DNA from: a virus
Lineage: Duplodnaviria > Caudoviricetes
IMG/VR virus record: IMGVR_UViG_3300037501_000111
Coordinates: 192,001 to 256,000 of that record
Strand: one strand, 5' to 3'
DNA: 64,000 nt
Made by a program: the position numbers and the translations under genes. Positions 20,340-30,267 of the stretch are shown here, piece by piece. Position 1 is the first letter of the stretch. Every line of letters starts with the position of its first letter. A model generated the notes under the pieces. It made no database searches. It worked only from the letters and a program-made list of their open reading frames with translations, and was not told the origin of the DNA.

Positions 20340-20717
20340 ATGGCTACTCCTACCAATAAGAATAAACCTAATACAGAACAGACCCCAAATTTACCCCCTG
20401 GTGGCTCGGAAGAGGCAAAGGACGGTAATCTCAAATACAATTTAAGTAAATTTGAATATGATTTGTATCATGAGGAAGATGATGTTGCTGAAAAAGTAAT
20501 TAGGGTCAAAAGAGTTTCCATGCCTAACAAAGGTGAAAAATGGAAAATTTTTGAAGACAATAAAGTTATGTTCGTTGTAGAGGGGACTAAACTAACCAAT
20601 AAGGAAAAAGAGTTTCTTCGTACAATTGACGGAGTGAATTTTCTAATTACTCAATATAAGCAAGGTATTAAGTCTTTCAATTCTCTAAAAAATGAGATCA
20701 AGAAAAAATTGAAATAA
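20340..20717 (+). CDS. hypothetical protein
   Basis: 125-aa ORF; TATAAATA at 20322-20329 upstream. Confidence 0.65.
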   Translation: MATPTNKNKPNTEQTPNLPPGGSEEAKDGNLKYNLSKFEYDLYHEEDDVAEKVIRVKRVSMPNKGEKWKIFEDNKVMFVVEGTKLTNKEKEFLRTIDGVNFLITQYKQGIKSFNSLKNEIKKKLK

Positions 20718-20723
20718 TAAGGG

Positions 20724-20751
20724 TTGACAGTCCTCCACTGATTCTTACATT
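20724..20751 (+). promoter_or_regulatory. sigma-70-like promoter TTGACA-N16-TACATT
   Basis: Intergenic, upstream of the exonuclease-GT-HAD-macro operon. Confidence 0.6.
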
Positions 20752-20783
20752 GACTTGAGCGATCAGCGCTAGAGGAGTATTGT

Positions 20784-21401
20784 ATGAATTATGTATTTTA
20801 TGTTGCCGATATTGAGACTACTGGATTAGACTCTCACGAACATGATATAATCGAATTATCGTTGCGCCGCATTGGTGACGATAGCGATAATGGCCAAAAG
20901 ACTTGGTGTTTCAAACCATTAACACCAGAAACCATTGATTCAACTTCGTTGAAAATAAATGGTCATAAGTTAGAGGATCTTTTACACAAGACCAAAGAGG
21001 GGCGCGAACGCTATCTAGATCCTGCTAGTACTCTGGTTAACATTGAAAATTGGCTGGCTGAAGATGGAGTCCCAGCAGAAAAGCGTTTTTTGATTGGGCA
21101 AAATATTGCCTTCGATAAAGAGCGCCTGCAAGTATTTTGGTCTAAGTGCAATTCGGATGACTCATTTCCATTTGGTCGTCGATTAATCGACACAATGATT
21201 ATAGAATTGTTTATGGACTACTGTAAAGGACAATTTGCTGAAGGATATAGTCTCAATAGTTTGGTCAAAAAGTATGGAGTCAAAAATGAGAAGGCCCATA
21301 CCGCGGCTGCTGACGTCAAAGCCACTGCGGAAGTTTTTGACAAGCAAGTTGAATTGATGCAAAAGCTAATCAAGTTAGGCAAAGAACACGGCATCCTGTG
21401 A
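20784..21401 (+). CDS. DEDDh 3'-5' exonuclease (DnaQ/epsilon-like)
   Basis: VADIETTG, GQNIAFD, AHTAAAD motifs; GAGGAG RBS. Confidence 0.88.
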   Translation: MNYVFYVADIETTGLDSHEHDIIELSLRRIGDDSDNGQKTWCFKPLTPETIDSTSLKINGHKLEDLLHKTKEGRERYLDPASTLVNIENWLAEDGVPAEKRFLIGQNIAFDKERLQVFWSKCNSDDSFPFGRRLIDTMIIELFMDYCKGQFAEGYSLNSLVKKYGVKNEKAHTAAADVKATAEVFDKQVELMQKLIKLGKEHGIL

Positions 21402-22372
21402 AAATTCTGTATGCAGCAGCCCATAACCAAAATGCTAAATTGCAACTCTTGCGCTTTTTAAGCGCAATGGAAGGGTCTAAACATCAAATTAAGATTGCTG
21501 CATTCAAAAAATCATCTCCCAAAGACATTAATATTGACTGGACTCTTGATGCTCTTCTAAATATCTATAGGCCAGACTTGATATCATTACATAGTGATAA
21601 TCTTAGTATTTATTTAGAGCAGGTAAAGAGCTTTGCGCCGGATCTAATAATTAGTGACCTAGAATACTTTACAAGTTGTGTAGCTAATGAGTTAAATATT
21701 CCATTGTGGCAGTGTAGTTCATCATTGATTAATTTTGCTCTGATTAGGAATGAAAAATACAATCTTGGTTTGTTTAAATATCATGCACACGCTTTGAATA
21801 GAGATACGCTACATTCGCAAAGAATGGTAAATATTCTAGATAACTCCAATCGTAATTTTGTATACTCTCATTATGGGGATATGGCTGAGCCGCCCTCATT
21901 ATTGGATGGTTTTCATTGGATTCGACCTTATCACCGAATTGCCAAAGGGTACGTACCTTGTCAACATTTTATGACGGCTGCCCTTTCAGTTTCTGATAAA
22001 AAACTGATAGCCTTCATGAAAAAATATCCTGACAGTGTTGTTTTTATTAATGAGCCGCGCGAACGCTATCAGAACCCGCAAGTTAAGGATATAAGGATCG
22101 TGGACGAATACTACTGTAATCTAAAAAATTCCGTTTTCTACGCTTGTCAAGGGCAAACAAGTTTTCTTGCAGACGCGTTTTACAATGGTAAATATGCTTT
22201 AATCTTCCCCGACTATGAAGACGCTGAGTCTCTTACTAACAGTCAGCTTGCTCAGAAGATAGGTATCGGCAGTATTATGACTTATTCAGATAGCTTGCCA
22301 GAACAGTCTTTGATTGAACCAGTTTATTCTGATTCAGTCAAATATCTACATGAACATATAGGTGAATTATGA
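21398..22372 (+). CDS. GT-B glycosyltransferase-like protein (MJ1255/VC2487-like)
   Basis: MKILYA N-terminus, PDLIISDLEY, GQTSFLADAFYNGK donor-binding-like motif. Confidence 0.6.
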   Translation: MKILYAAAHNQNAKLQLLRFLSAMEGSKHQIKIAAFKKSSPKDINIDWTLDALLNIYRPDLISLHSDNLSIYLEQVKSFAPDLIISDLEYFTSCVANELNIPLWQCSSSLINFALIRNEKYNLGLFKYHAHALNRDTLHSQRMVNILDNSNRNFVYSHYGDMAEPPSLLDGFHWIRPYHRIAKGYVPCQHFMTAALSVSDKKLIAFMKKYPDSVVFINEPRERYQNPQVKDIRIVDEYYCNLKNSVFYACQGQTSFLADAFYNGKYALIFPDYEDAESLTNSQLAQKIGIGSIMTYSDSLPEQSLIEPVYSDSVKYLHEHIGEL

Positions 22373-23031
22373 AGTATGCTGCTTTTGACATTGGTAATGT
22401 TCTTGTCAATGTTAATTTCCCCGGCTTCATCAACAAGTTATCTAAAACTCTTAATCTTTCGGTTGAAGAGGCTACATACTTTATGAACCGAAGTCAAAAA
22501 TTACATGACCTGGGATTAACGGTAATGAAAGATGAATTAATTGACCATCTTCATATCAAATCTTCAGTACTAAGAGATGAGTTAATTGAAGAGTGGAATA
22601 ATTGTATAATACCGGCCGACTGGTTACTTGAAAGAATAGATCAGATATGTGAAGAGCATAATATCAAGATAGCCTTACTTTCAAATGTTGGTCTAGAACA
22701 TGCTGTTAGAATGCGCAATATTCTAGGCCATAATAAGTTCTTTAGAGAAGGTATACACCATTTTAGTTGTGAGGTTGGTGCCCGTAAACCTAATTTAGTC
22801 TATTATTATAGTTTTCTTCAATTACATCCCGAATTTCATGGCTGTCCTTATTTTGATGATTTACAAGAGAACCTTGAAATAGGTGCCAAGTTTGGCTTCA
22901 AACCTTTTAGATTTTCATTAGAAGATATTACTGGTCCCAATTATAAAGAAGAGCTATTTAAGGCTGAAATGGAAAGTTTTGAAGCACATCTTATCCAAGA
23001 CCCCACAAAGGATGATATATTCATCTTGTAG
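22369..23031 (+). CDS. HAD-superfamily hydrolase
   Basis: AAFDIGNVL motif I, LLSN motif II, RKP motif III, YFDD motif IV. Confidence 0.82.
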   Translation: MKYAAFDIGNVLVNVNFPGFINKLSKTLNLSVEEATYFMNRSQKLHDLGLTVMKDELIDHLHIKSSVLRDELIEEWNNCIIPADWLLERIDQICEEHNIKIALLSNVGLEHAVRMRNILGHNKFFREGIHHFSCEVGARKPNLVYYYSFLQLHPEFHGCPYFDDLQENLEIGAKFGFKPFRFSLEDITGPNYKEELFKAEMESFEAHLIQDPTKDDIFIL

Positions 23032-23053
23032 GGTCGATCTAAAAGGATACAAT

Positions 23054-23545
23054 ATGAATAAAGATAGCAATCAAACTGCCAAGTTATTTCAACCACAAGG
23101 TAGAGTTAAAGTAATTCAGGGAAGTATTGTTTCCCCGCAAAATGCTGGCCTCAGATTTGTGTTAAATGTAGCTAACATGGGTGGTAAAGCAGAGGGACCA
23201 ATGTATTCTCTATTTGAGAAGAAATGGCCTACCGTAAAGAGAGAGGTTCGTGGTTGGTATACTACTCGTGATGGTAAGTATAAGCTAGGTGCCATTCATA
23301 CTCTTGCAGTCCAAAGTGATACCTGGGTAGTTAGTTTACTATGCCAAGACGATCAGCTTTCTACTAATGATGATGCACTTCGTACTTGTTTAAAAGAAGT
23401 ATGTAAATCAGCTAAGTATGAGAAGGCTACCGTTCATGTCTCAACTCAATTAACTGATGCGCTACCTGCTTTGCAGGATATGCTTACCGAAGAGCTGGTA
23501 AACCAGGGTGTGTCTGTAAACTTCTACGAAGAACCAACTACTTAA
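23054..23545 (+). CDS. macrodomain-like protein (TARG1/DarG/T4 Tk.4-like)
   Basis: VKVIQGSI..VLNVAN.GG....LFEKKWP..VVSLLCQ..ALRTCL pattern; AAGGA RBS before ATG 23054. Confidence 0.6.
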   Translation: MNKDSNQTAKLFQPQGRVKVIQGSIVSPQNAGLRFVLNVANMGGKAEGPMYSLFEKKWPTVKREVRGWYTTRDGKYKLGAIHTLAVQSDTWVVSLLCQDDQLSTNDDALRTCLKEVCKSAKYEKATVHVSTQLTDALPALQDMLTEELVNQGVSVNFYEEPTT

Positions 23546-24013
23546 GTGATCTTCATCAATTTAGCTCTACCTCATGATCGTGATTTGCTTGATGATGAGG
23601 AAGATGACGCCATAATTTCACATTATGGAATGACGAAACTCAAACCGGGAGACCGAGTTGATTGTCGTGTGAAGGCGTCCACCATAGTCAGCCCTTACAA
23701 AAGCTATGATGAGATTAAGACCTTCGAGGTTGTTGCAGTTGATAATCATGGGGTCTATTTGTATGTTCCCCACTATTATGGATTGAAGGGGACTTTTATT
23801 GCTGATAAACAGCAATGTAAAACTCTCGGTATCGATAGAAAATTTCTCAACGAAGAGGTCATTTATATACAGGGTAACATGGTCGCAGCCATTCATGAAT
23901 CTATAGATGGATTAACCTGTAAGATATGTAAAGATTTTTATCGGTATGCTGCGCCTAACCAGCCAGATGATACCCTTATATGTTACTCTTGTCGTCGGAA
24001 CCCCTACAGGTGA
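23546..24013 (+). CDS. hypothetical protein with C-terminal CxxC...CxxC zinc finger
   Basis: CKIC...CYSC; exact start uncertain. Confidence 0.6.
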   Translation: MIFINLALPHDRDLLDDEEDDAIISHYGMTKLKPGDRVDCRVKASTIVSPYKSYDEIKTFEVVAVDNHGVYLYVPHYYGLKGTFIADKQQCKTLGIDRKFLNEEVIYIQGNMVAAIHESIDGLTCKICKDFYRYAAPNQPDDTLICYSCRRNPYR

Positions 24014-24062
24014 TACTTTTGGATATGTTTGATTGTTTCTATGCATAACGATAAATAATTGT

Positions 24063-24650
24063 ATGCAAGAAGAACTGGTTAATCAAAAATTTGGAAGACT
24101 TACTATCGTTAGCTTGGCCAATTTCAATAAGTTTCATCAGCGAAGAGTGTTATGTGTTTGCGAATGTGGCAGCAAAAAAGTTGTACTACTTAACAAACTT
24201 AAAACGGGACAGACAAATAGTTGCGGATGTTTGCGTTCAGAAAATGCCAGCAAACAACTTACTGGAGCATCTAATAAAAACCCCAAGATAAAAGGTAAAT
24301 CAGAACCTAGAATAGCTACTGCAAAAATTGTATATCGTAGATACTCTGATGGTAACTTATCTTTTGATGATTTTTTATCTCTTAGTCAAAAAGAATGCTT
24401 CTATTGTGGCGCCCCGCCCTCAAATAAAACTAACTACTATATTACCAAAGAAAGTAAATACTCGAAGGAACGTCAAGCACTTGGTTACTTCATCTATAAT
24501 GGGCTAGATAGAATAAATAGTGAACTACCTCATGACATAGATAATGTGGTTCCCTCTTGTATTTACTGTAATAAGGCTAAACTCGACAGAACTCAAGAAG
24601 ATTTTTTCGCATGGGTAGCTAAAGTTCATGATCTACATCCATATCGATAA
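24063..24650 (+). CDS. free-standing HNH endonuclease
   Basis: FGRLTIV..CVCECG..SCGC, CFYCG, GLDRIN..NVVPSCIYCN; paralogue of 8298..8930. Confidence 0.8.
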   Translation: MQEELVNQKFGRLTIVSLANFNKFHQRRVLCVCECGSKKVVLLNKLKTGQTNSCGCLRSENASKQLTGASNKNPKIKGKSEPRIATAKIVYRRYSDGNLSFDDFLSLSQKECFYCGAPPSNKTNYYITKESKYSKERQALGYFIYNGLDRINSELPHDIDNVVPSCIYCNKAKLDRTQEDFFAWVAKVHDLHPYR

Positions 24651-24664
24651 CGAAGTATTAAGGT

Positions 24665-25456
24665 ATGGCAGATTCATCTGAAGGCTTTTTTCAGGGCTTG
24701 CTAAACCAATTAAAATCCCTGATTAGCCGTATAAATACTCCGAGCCCTCCAGTGGCTGGTACTACAACGACACCGGCAAGTCAATTTATAGGGTCGCCTA
24801 GTGGCTGGACAGCCCCAATTCATGGGTCGTGGCATAACCTGGGTGGATTTGATCCGGCCATGAAGAGATTTGATGATGATCCCAAGGCCGCCAAAGGTCG
24901 AGGTCATTTGGGTGTTGATATGGGAGCGCCTGCTGGAACCCCAGTGTACGCTATTGCTGCTGGCACAGTTGATACAGTAGATACCGATGGAAGAGGCGGT
25001 AACATTGTAGGTGTCATGCACCCTGATGGCCATTGGTCTTATTATGCTCATCTTTCTACTGCTAATGTACAGAAGGGAGATAAAGTAGATTCAAATTCTA
25101 TTATTGGAACTGTAGGCAATACTGGTAACCCAGGTGATCCTAAAAATCCTCTTGTTACTACGGAAGCCGGCAGAACTTGGCCTCATTTACATTTTGGTAT
25201 TAAAGACCATGGATCTTATGTTGATCCTGCTAAATTTTTTAGCATACCAAAATACGATCCAGTCTATGCTAAAAATCCTGGTAGGTTTCATAAATTTTGG
25301 CTTTCTGAAGACGCAAAACGAGCTGCGCAAACATTCAATATGAAGCAACATAAAGCTAAACAAAGAGTTGCATTTTCAAAAGATGTAGACACCATTTTGA
25401 AAGTATCTTTTGAATATTACAAATTTGCAAAGAAAATTAACGATCAACCCAAGTAA
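24665..25456 (+). CDS. M23-family metallopeptidase (peptidoglycan hydrolase)
   Basis: HLGVD (HxxxD), YYAHL, HLHF (HxH) zinc motifs, VDP. Confidence 0.88.
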   Translation: MADSSEGFFQGLLNQLKSLISRINTPSPPVAGTTTTPASQFIGSPSGWTAPIHGSWHNLGGFDPAMKRFDDDPKAAKGRGHLGVDMGAPAGTPVYAIAAGTVDTVDTDGRGGNIVGVMHPDGHWSYYAHLSTANVQKGDKVDSNSIIGTVGNTGNPGDPKNPLVTTEAGRTWPHLHFGIKDHGSYVDPAKFFSIPKYDPVYAKNPGRFHKFWLSEDAKRAAQTFNMKQHKAKQRVAFSKDVDTILKVSFEYYKFAKKINDQPK

Positions 25457-25760
25457 GTACCACTTCAATATTAGAAAGTAAATTTCCACTTGGTGGACTC
25501 AAATTAATTGAGTTGGTAGAATACCATACTTCATACTGGCCAGTTGTAGTATTATATCCTTGTAATTTGTAGTAGGTATTAAATCCAGTAGTCACCAAGG
25601 CAGTGGAATTAAGTCCTTCAATTTGTGTACTAGAGTTGTAAGTAATAGTGAAAAATATCTCATTAAAATCCTGAGTTCCATGGCTACCAGAATATTGACC
25701 ACGATAATTAAGGAATTCATTGAAATTAAATAGGTTATTTTGATCGCTAACTAATGCCAT
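25437..25760 (-). CDS. small virion-associated protein with YYK..W C-terminal module
   Basis: ATG one base after the upstream stop; C-terminus similar to 32549..33076 and to the LamG protein tails. Confidence 0.65.
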   Translation of the reverse strand: MALVSDQNNLFNFNEFLNYRGQYSGSHGTQDFNEIFFTITYNSSTQIEGLNSTALVTTGFNTYYKLQGYNTTTGQYEVWYSTNSINLSPPSGNLLSNIEVVLTWVDR

Positions 25761-25761
25761 G

Positions 25762-28311
25762 TTATGGTACCAATCCACCAGCTCCATTCCAAGCTAGATA
25801 AATTCCGTTTTGTAAATGTATCCAACGAGCAGTTCCATTTACTGTACCACCACTTGTATATGCTCCATTGCCCGTCGTACCATTTAATGTAAAGTGAGTG
25901 CTATCTACTACTGTGATCACAAAAGTTCCATTAGCTGCTGTGTTTCCATTAACGCCAGAAATTACAACCGTCTGACCTGTTGTTAAACTATTAGCAGCAG
26001 ACGTAGTAATCTGTATTGGTGATGTATTGCTTGCTTCAGTTACAGTAAGTGAAGCGGTATTCTCTGTGCTTTGTATAAATGCGCCAAAATTAGTTCTACC
26101 CTGTCTGATAAACGGAGCAGTGCCAAGTAATCTTTGATTGAGACCATATACGGTATTGCCGGTAGCGGGAAATGGCAAATTAAGACCAGGATCCGTTGCT
26201 ACGCCTCCCCATAATTCCCAAGGTAACACCTCAGTAGTGGTAGTAAATGGGCAGTCTCCTGCGTTGGCTGCGTATACAGGAGAAGTTCCTGAAATACCAT
26301 CAGCGTTAGCCCACCCAGCTAGACCGCACATTTCTGGTACGAAATCTCTGTATGTAAATCCTACATTGAAGTTTATTCCCCATCTTGCTTGAATAGTTCC
26401 ATAATCTCCCTGGTTATTGCCACCATATATAAACGGCCTATTTGAGTTTGCTGGAAGTGGAGTTGGTTCATTATCTGGTAGTCCAAATGTTACAAATCCA
26501 TTGCTGCCGCCGCCTTGTGGTCTTGCATATAGGAAAATGGCGCGGCCAGTATCATCGCCAACTATAGTAATACGTGGTGCAAATGAAGGATTAACAGATC
26601 CAATAATTGTATTTGAATATGGATTTCCTAGAGGAATATTGCTGTCTAAATATTGTGCTATGTGGGTGGTGACTCCGCCAACAGGAAAGTCACCAAAGAT
26701 ACTTCCGCCATAACCTATACTCATCGAGGCATAATTAGGAGAGCCGGAGATATTCCAAGGCTCACCAGCAATTCTAACCTGCCATCCACTTGAATGCGGG
26801 CTCTGAAGTATTATTCTACTGTTAGGTGACACATCATCACCTCCAGTATAACCAACACGACTTACAGTCCCTCCACTTGTATAGTTCCCGTTACCAGAAG
26901 ATCCATTAAGAGTAAATATGCCAGCTCCAACCCTAGTAATAGTCCAGGTACCGTTGGCCGCAGTATTACCATTAACTCCAGATATTGTTACTCGTTGTCC
27001 AGTATCGTAGTACGAAACAGCACTAAGATTTATTGTAATTTGAATGGGTGTTGTGTTTGTTGCGGTATTTATTGAGGTGCTAGTTACTTGATTATTATTT
27101 GGTAATAACAAATGTTCTGATATACGAGTTTCTGTTTCATACAGCCACCAATCCATAGTCTCAGGTGGTGGGGTGTCAGTTGATCTATAATCTATAGTAT
27201 AAGAATTGGTAGCAGTATTTGTGGCCGTTATCTTGAACAATCCACTATTTTTTGTGGGATATTTGCTACTTTTAAGAACTAATATTCTGCCAGTATCACC
27301 GGCTGATGGGGCTGCTCCATTTACTACTGTTCTAACAGTAGTTGGAACTTGTACTGCGTAAACAGAGGGCGCTCCGCCAAAATTAATACTAGCTCCAGTG
27401 CCGCCTGCTACGGTTCCAGAAGCAATTAATAATCCTTGAGGTAATATTGATGCGGTATTTGCCACAAATGTTGCTGCTACAGTCCAAAGTACTCTTAGTT
27501 GGTTTGAACTAACAACTTCTACTTTATACGGACCAAAATTTCCAAGGCTAGAGTTATTAAAACCATAAAAACTATTTGATAGATTATTGTTTATAGTAAG
27601 ATACTCGCCAGTATTCATTCCATGTGGAAACTGTGTTGTGATAACCAGAGGATTACCAGAAGCGGTAGAAATTCTATTTGGACCACAAGCTACTCCGCCA
27701 ATTCCTGCTGATGAAACACTATTACCAGTAGACATAGTTCCCGTACCGCCAGAACATCCAGTAAAGGTAGTGGCGGTGGTGCCCGTATATGTAACTGTTT
27801 GCACTCCAGCAGATGTAACAACGTAAATAGTTCCAGATGTAGGAAATCCAGTAGTGGAAGCTACGTTAATTGTTGCTGTTGGAAGAGCGACACCATTAGA
27901 AGCGGCAGCAATGGTGGTGGTGAACCCCGAGGACATAGTGCCGGTTCCACCTGTACAATTAGTAAAGGTAGTAGCAGTAGTTCCTGAGTATTTAACTAAT
28001 TGAACGCCATCGCTAGTTGTGACATATATAAGTCCAGAGGCTGGAAATCCAGTGGTAGAAACAACATTGATTGTTGCTTGAGGTAGAGATTGCCCATTAG
28101 AAGCGGCAGCGATTGCTGTGTTTTGAGAAAATGTAAAAGATAAGTTATTTGTATTGTTTAAATCAAATCCTGTATGCCCTACAATAGAGTACCCTAGCAC
28201 TTTATTTAAAAATACTGCGGTGCTGAATAGATATGAAACATGTTGAAAGGAAGATGCCGTTGTGTATCCGCTAGTAACGGGAGTAAAATCTCGTAGTATA
28301 TGAACTGCCAT
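25762..28311 (-). CDS. fibre/decoration protein, scaffold family A (849 aa), 2 T-modules plus 3 FCCH-like modules
   Basis: Shares RILVLKS..NSG, RIILQSPH..GWQVR, GDDTG, EPTPLP, GRTNFG blocks with 30268 and 33073. Confidence 0.75.
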   Translation of the reverse strand: MAVHILRDFTPVTSGYTTASSFQHVSYLFSTAVFLNKVLGYSIVGHTGFDLNNTNNLSFTFSQNTAIAAASNGQSLPQATINVVSTTGFPASGLIYVTTSDGVQLVKYSGTTATTFTNCTGGTGTMSSGFTTTIAAASNGVALPTATINVASTTGFPTSGTIYVVTSAGVQTVTYTGTTATTFTGCSGGTGTMSTGNSVSSAGIGGVACGPNRISTASGNPLVITTQFPHGMNTGEYLTINNNLSNSFYGFNNSSLGNFGPYKVEVVSSNQLRVLWTVAATFVANTASILPQGLLIASGTVAGGTGASINFGGAPSVYAVQVPTTVRTVVNGAAPSAGDTGRILVLKSSKYPTKNSGLFKITATNTATNSYTIDYRSTDTPPPETMDWWLYETETRISEHLLLPNNNQVTSTSINTATNTTPIQITINLSAVSYYDTGQRVTISGVNGNTAANGTWTITRVGAGIFTLNGSSGNGNYTSGGTVSRVGYTGGDDVSPNSRIILQSPHSSGWQVRIAGEPWNISGSPNYASMSIGYGGSIFGDFPVGGVTTHIAQYLDSNIPLGNPYSNTIIGSVNPSFAPRITIVGDDTGRAIFLYARPQGGGSNGFVTFGLPDNEPTPLPANSNRPFIYGGNNQGDYGTIQARWGINFNVGFTYRDFVPEMCGLAGWANADGISGTSPVYAANAGDCPFTTTTEVLPWELWGGVATDPGLNLPFPATGNTVYGLNQRLLGTAPFIRQGRTNFGAFIQSTENTASLTVTEASNTSPIQITTSAANSLTTGQTVVISGVNGNTAANGTFVITVVDSTHFTLNGTTGNGAYTSGGTVNGTARWIHLQNGIYLAWNGAGGLVP

Positions 28312-28313
28312 TT

Positions 28314-30260
28314 TTAAGCTCCACTCGCAAGAAAGTTATACGGTAGTATAGCGCCATCCCATGGAAGACATATACCATTAACTAAATGAATAAACTCTCC
28401 ACGATCGCCAATCAGAAAGAATGGTGGTAATCCTCCAAATGTTACTCTATGTGGTCTCATTCTTGCTCTGGCAAAAGAAAATTGACCGGCAGCAGATGAA
28501 ACTGCCATTAGAGTTTCTCCAGTTATTACTTTTGCGATTTTATTTTGATATCCTAATTGTGTATTTAAATTAAAACCCACAGTATATGTTGGACCAATGG
28601 TAGCGTTAGCAGTATCACCAACAAGGTTTCTACTAATTAATTGATGAGATCTGGTTGTTCCATCAAACCCAACCATACCAAATGAAGTACAAAAAGAATC
28701 TGTGCCAGTACTATTATTCAAAGTATTCCCACCAGCTAATATAGCAATTAAATTTGGGTCTTGTGTTTGTGTGTATAGTCTAGCTGGCGTAGTTATCATA
28801 AAATAAAGACCAGTTGTATTGCCGCCATTTGTGGGAGATTTAACATGTCCGAAAAAGAAATCCGTGTCAGCAATGAAAGACACAAATCCCGAAACGGCTG
28901 ATGTGGTTCCAGTAAAATTAGTTGCTGAAATTCTTTCAGACATAGTGGTATTACTACCGCTCCCGGAAAATGATGTGCCATTCCAGCTACCATTTGGAGA
29001 TCCTATGTATCCCATTTGACCAAATGCGTTGGCAGATCCTCTTAATAGCATCTGAAATTGACTTACAGCAGCGCCCGGATTTATGTTAGGGGCGCCTGTA
29101 AAATTACCAATAAAATAGTTACCGTTACCTATACTTAATTGAGACGCGGCAATCACATCAAGAACTCGATAGCTGAGCGATGCTCTTGCGGTCAAATTAT
29201 TCTTCAATGAAGAAATGTCAGTCGTACCACCACTAAATGGTACAATTTTTATCTGGGTATTTGATGGTACTGCAACTATTCTGTAGATTGAATCATCTGT
29301 GCTTGGAGGATTAACTGATACAGATCCATTAGGTTGCATTAATCCAGTGCCTCCCGAACATCCAACAAATGTTTGTCCAGTTACAGCATTACCAGTTGTC
29401 ATAGTCCCAGTACCACCTGAACATCCTGTAAAGGTTGTTGCTGTTACTCCTGTGTAAGTAACGACTTGTGGCACATTGTTAGAAGTTACTACATTGATTA
29501 CCCCAGAGGTTGGAAATCCAGTTGTGCTAGCGACATTGATTGTGGCTTGCGGTAAGACTTGACCGTTTGAACCCGCAGCGATTGTAGTACTAAGTATACC
29601 AGTGTAATTTACTGTTTGTAAGCCGGTGCTACTTTGAACGAAAACAGAGCCGCTGGCTGGAAATCCAATAGTAGATTGAACATTTAAAGTAGATTGTGGT
29701 AAAGTGAAACCGGCAGATCCTGGCGCAATACCGCTTCTGGCCCCCGCCAACCAAACAACTATATGCTTACCAATCATAGATTGAGAAAATGGTTGAGAAG
29801 ATGCCGCTGTAAATGTATCTCCTAATGCAGATGTTACTCCATCATTACCTACAGCAAGCACGGATGAACCTTCAAAAAATCCACTAGGAGAAGAAGTTGG
29901 TGAAATTGGAATACCACCGGGAATAGTAACTTGGCCACCAGTAGTGTAATTTGCATTACCCACCGCTCCATTTAAAGCAAATTGCGTAGAATTAACTACA
30001 GTAACATTAAATCCACCATTTGCTGAAGTATTACCTTGAACCCCATAAACTCCAACTAGTTGGTTATTTGATAGTCCGTGCGGAGTAGATGTAGTTATAA
30101 CAATTGGATTTGTATTGGAAGCGGCAGTAACAGTTAAAATACTAGGGGCACCGTTTACGCAATACGCCCAAAAATTGTAGGCAAGGTTTAAAAAGATAGG
30201 GATATCCCTACCATTTGTACCTGTTGTATATTGTAGCCCTCTCAGAAATTTAATGGCCAT
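28314..30260 (-). CDS. fibre/decoration protein, scaffold family B (648 aa), nested T-modules plus 1 FCCH-like module
   Basis: Shares FLRGL, FW.YCVNG, SP.G.WNG, RLY.Q..D, GQFS..R.R, NGI..WD..ILP blocks with 34840. Confidence 0.75.
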   Translation of the reverse strand: MAIKFLRGLQYTTGTNGRDIPIFLNLAYNFWAYCVNGAPSILTVTAASNTNPIVITTSTPHGLSNNQLVGVYGVQGNTSANGGFNVTVVNSTQFALNGAVGNANYTTGGQVTIPGGIPISPTSSPSGFFEGSSVLAVGNDGVTSALGDTFTAASSQPFSQSMIGKHIVVWLAGARSGIAPGSAGFTLPQSTLNVQSTIGFPASGSVFVQSSTGLQTVNYTGILSTTIAAGSNGQVLPQATINVASTTGFPTSGVINVVTSNNVPQVVTYTGVTATTFTGCSGGTGTMTTGNAVTGQTFVGCSGGTGLMQPNGSVSVNPPSTDDSIYRIVAVPSNTQIKIVPFSGGTTDISSLKNNLTARASLSYRVLDVIAASQLSIGNGNYFIGNFTGAPNINPGAAVSQFQMLLRGSANAFGQMGYIGSPNGSWNGTSFSGSGSNTTMSERISATNFTGTTSAVSGFVSFIADTDFFFGHVKSPTNGGNTTGLYFMITTPARLYTQTQDPNLIAILAGGNTLNNSTGTDSFCTSFGMVGFDGTTRSHQLISRNLVGDTANATIGPTYTVGFNLNTQLGYQNKIAKVITGETLMAVSSAAGQFSFARARMRPHRVTFGGLPPFFLIGDRGEFIHLVNGICLPWDGAILPYNFLASGA

Positions 30261-30267
30261 AGTTACC

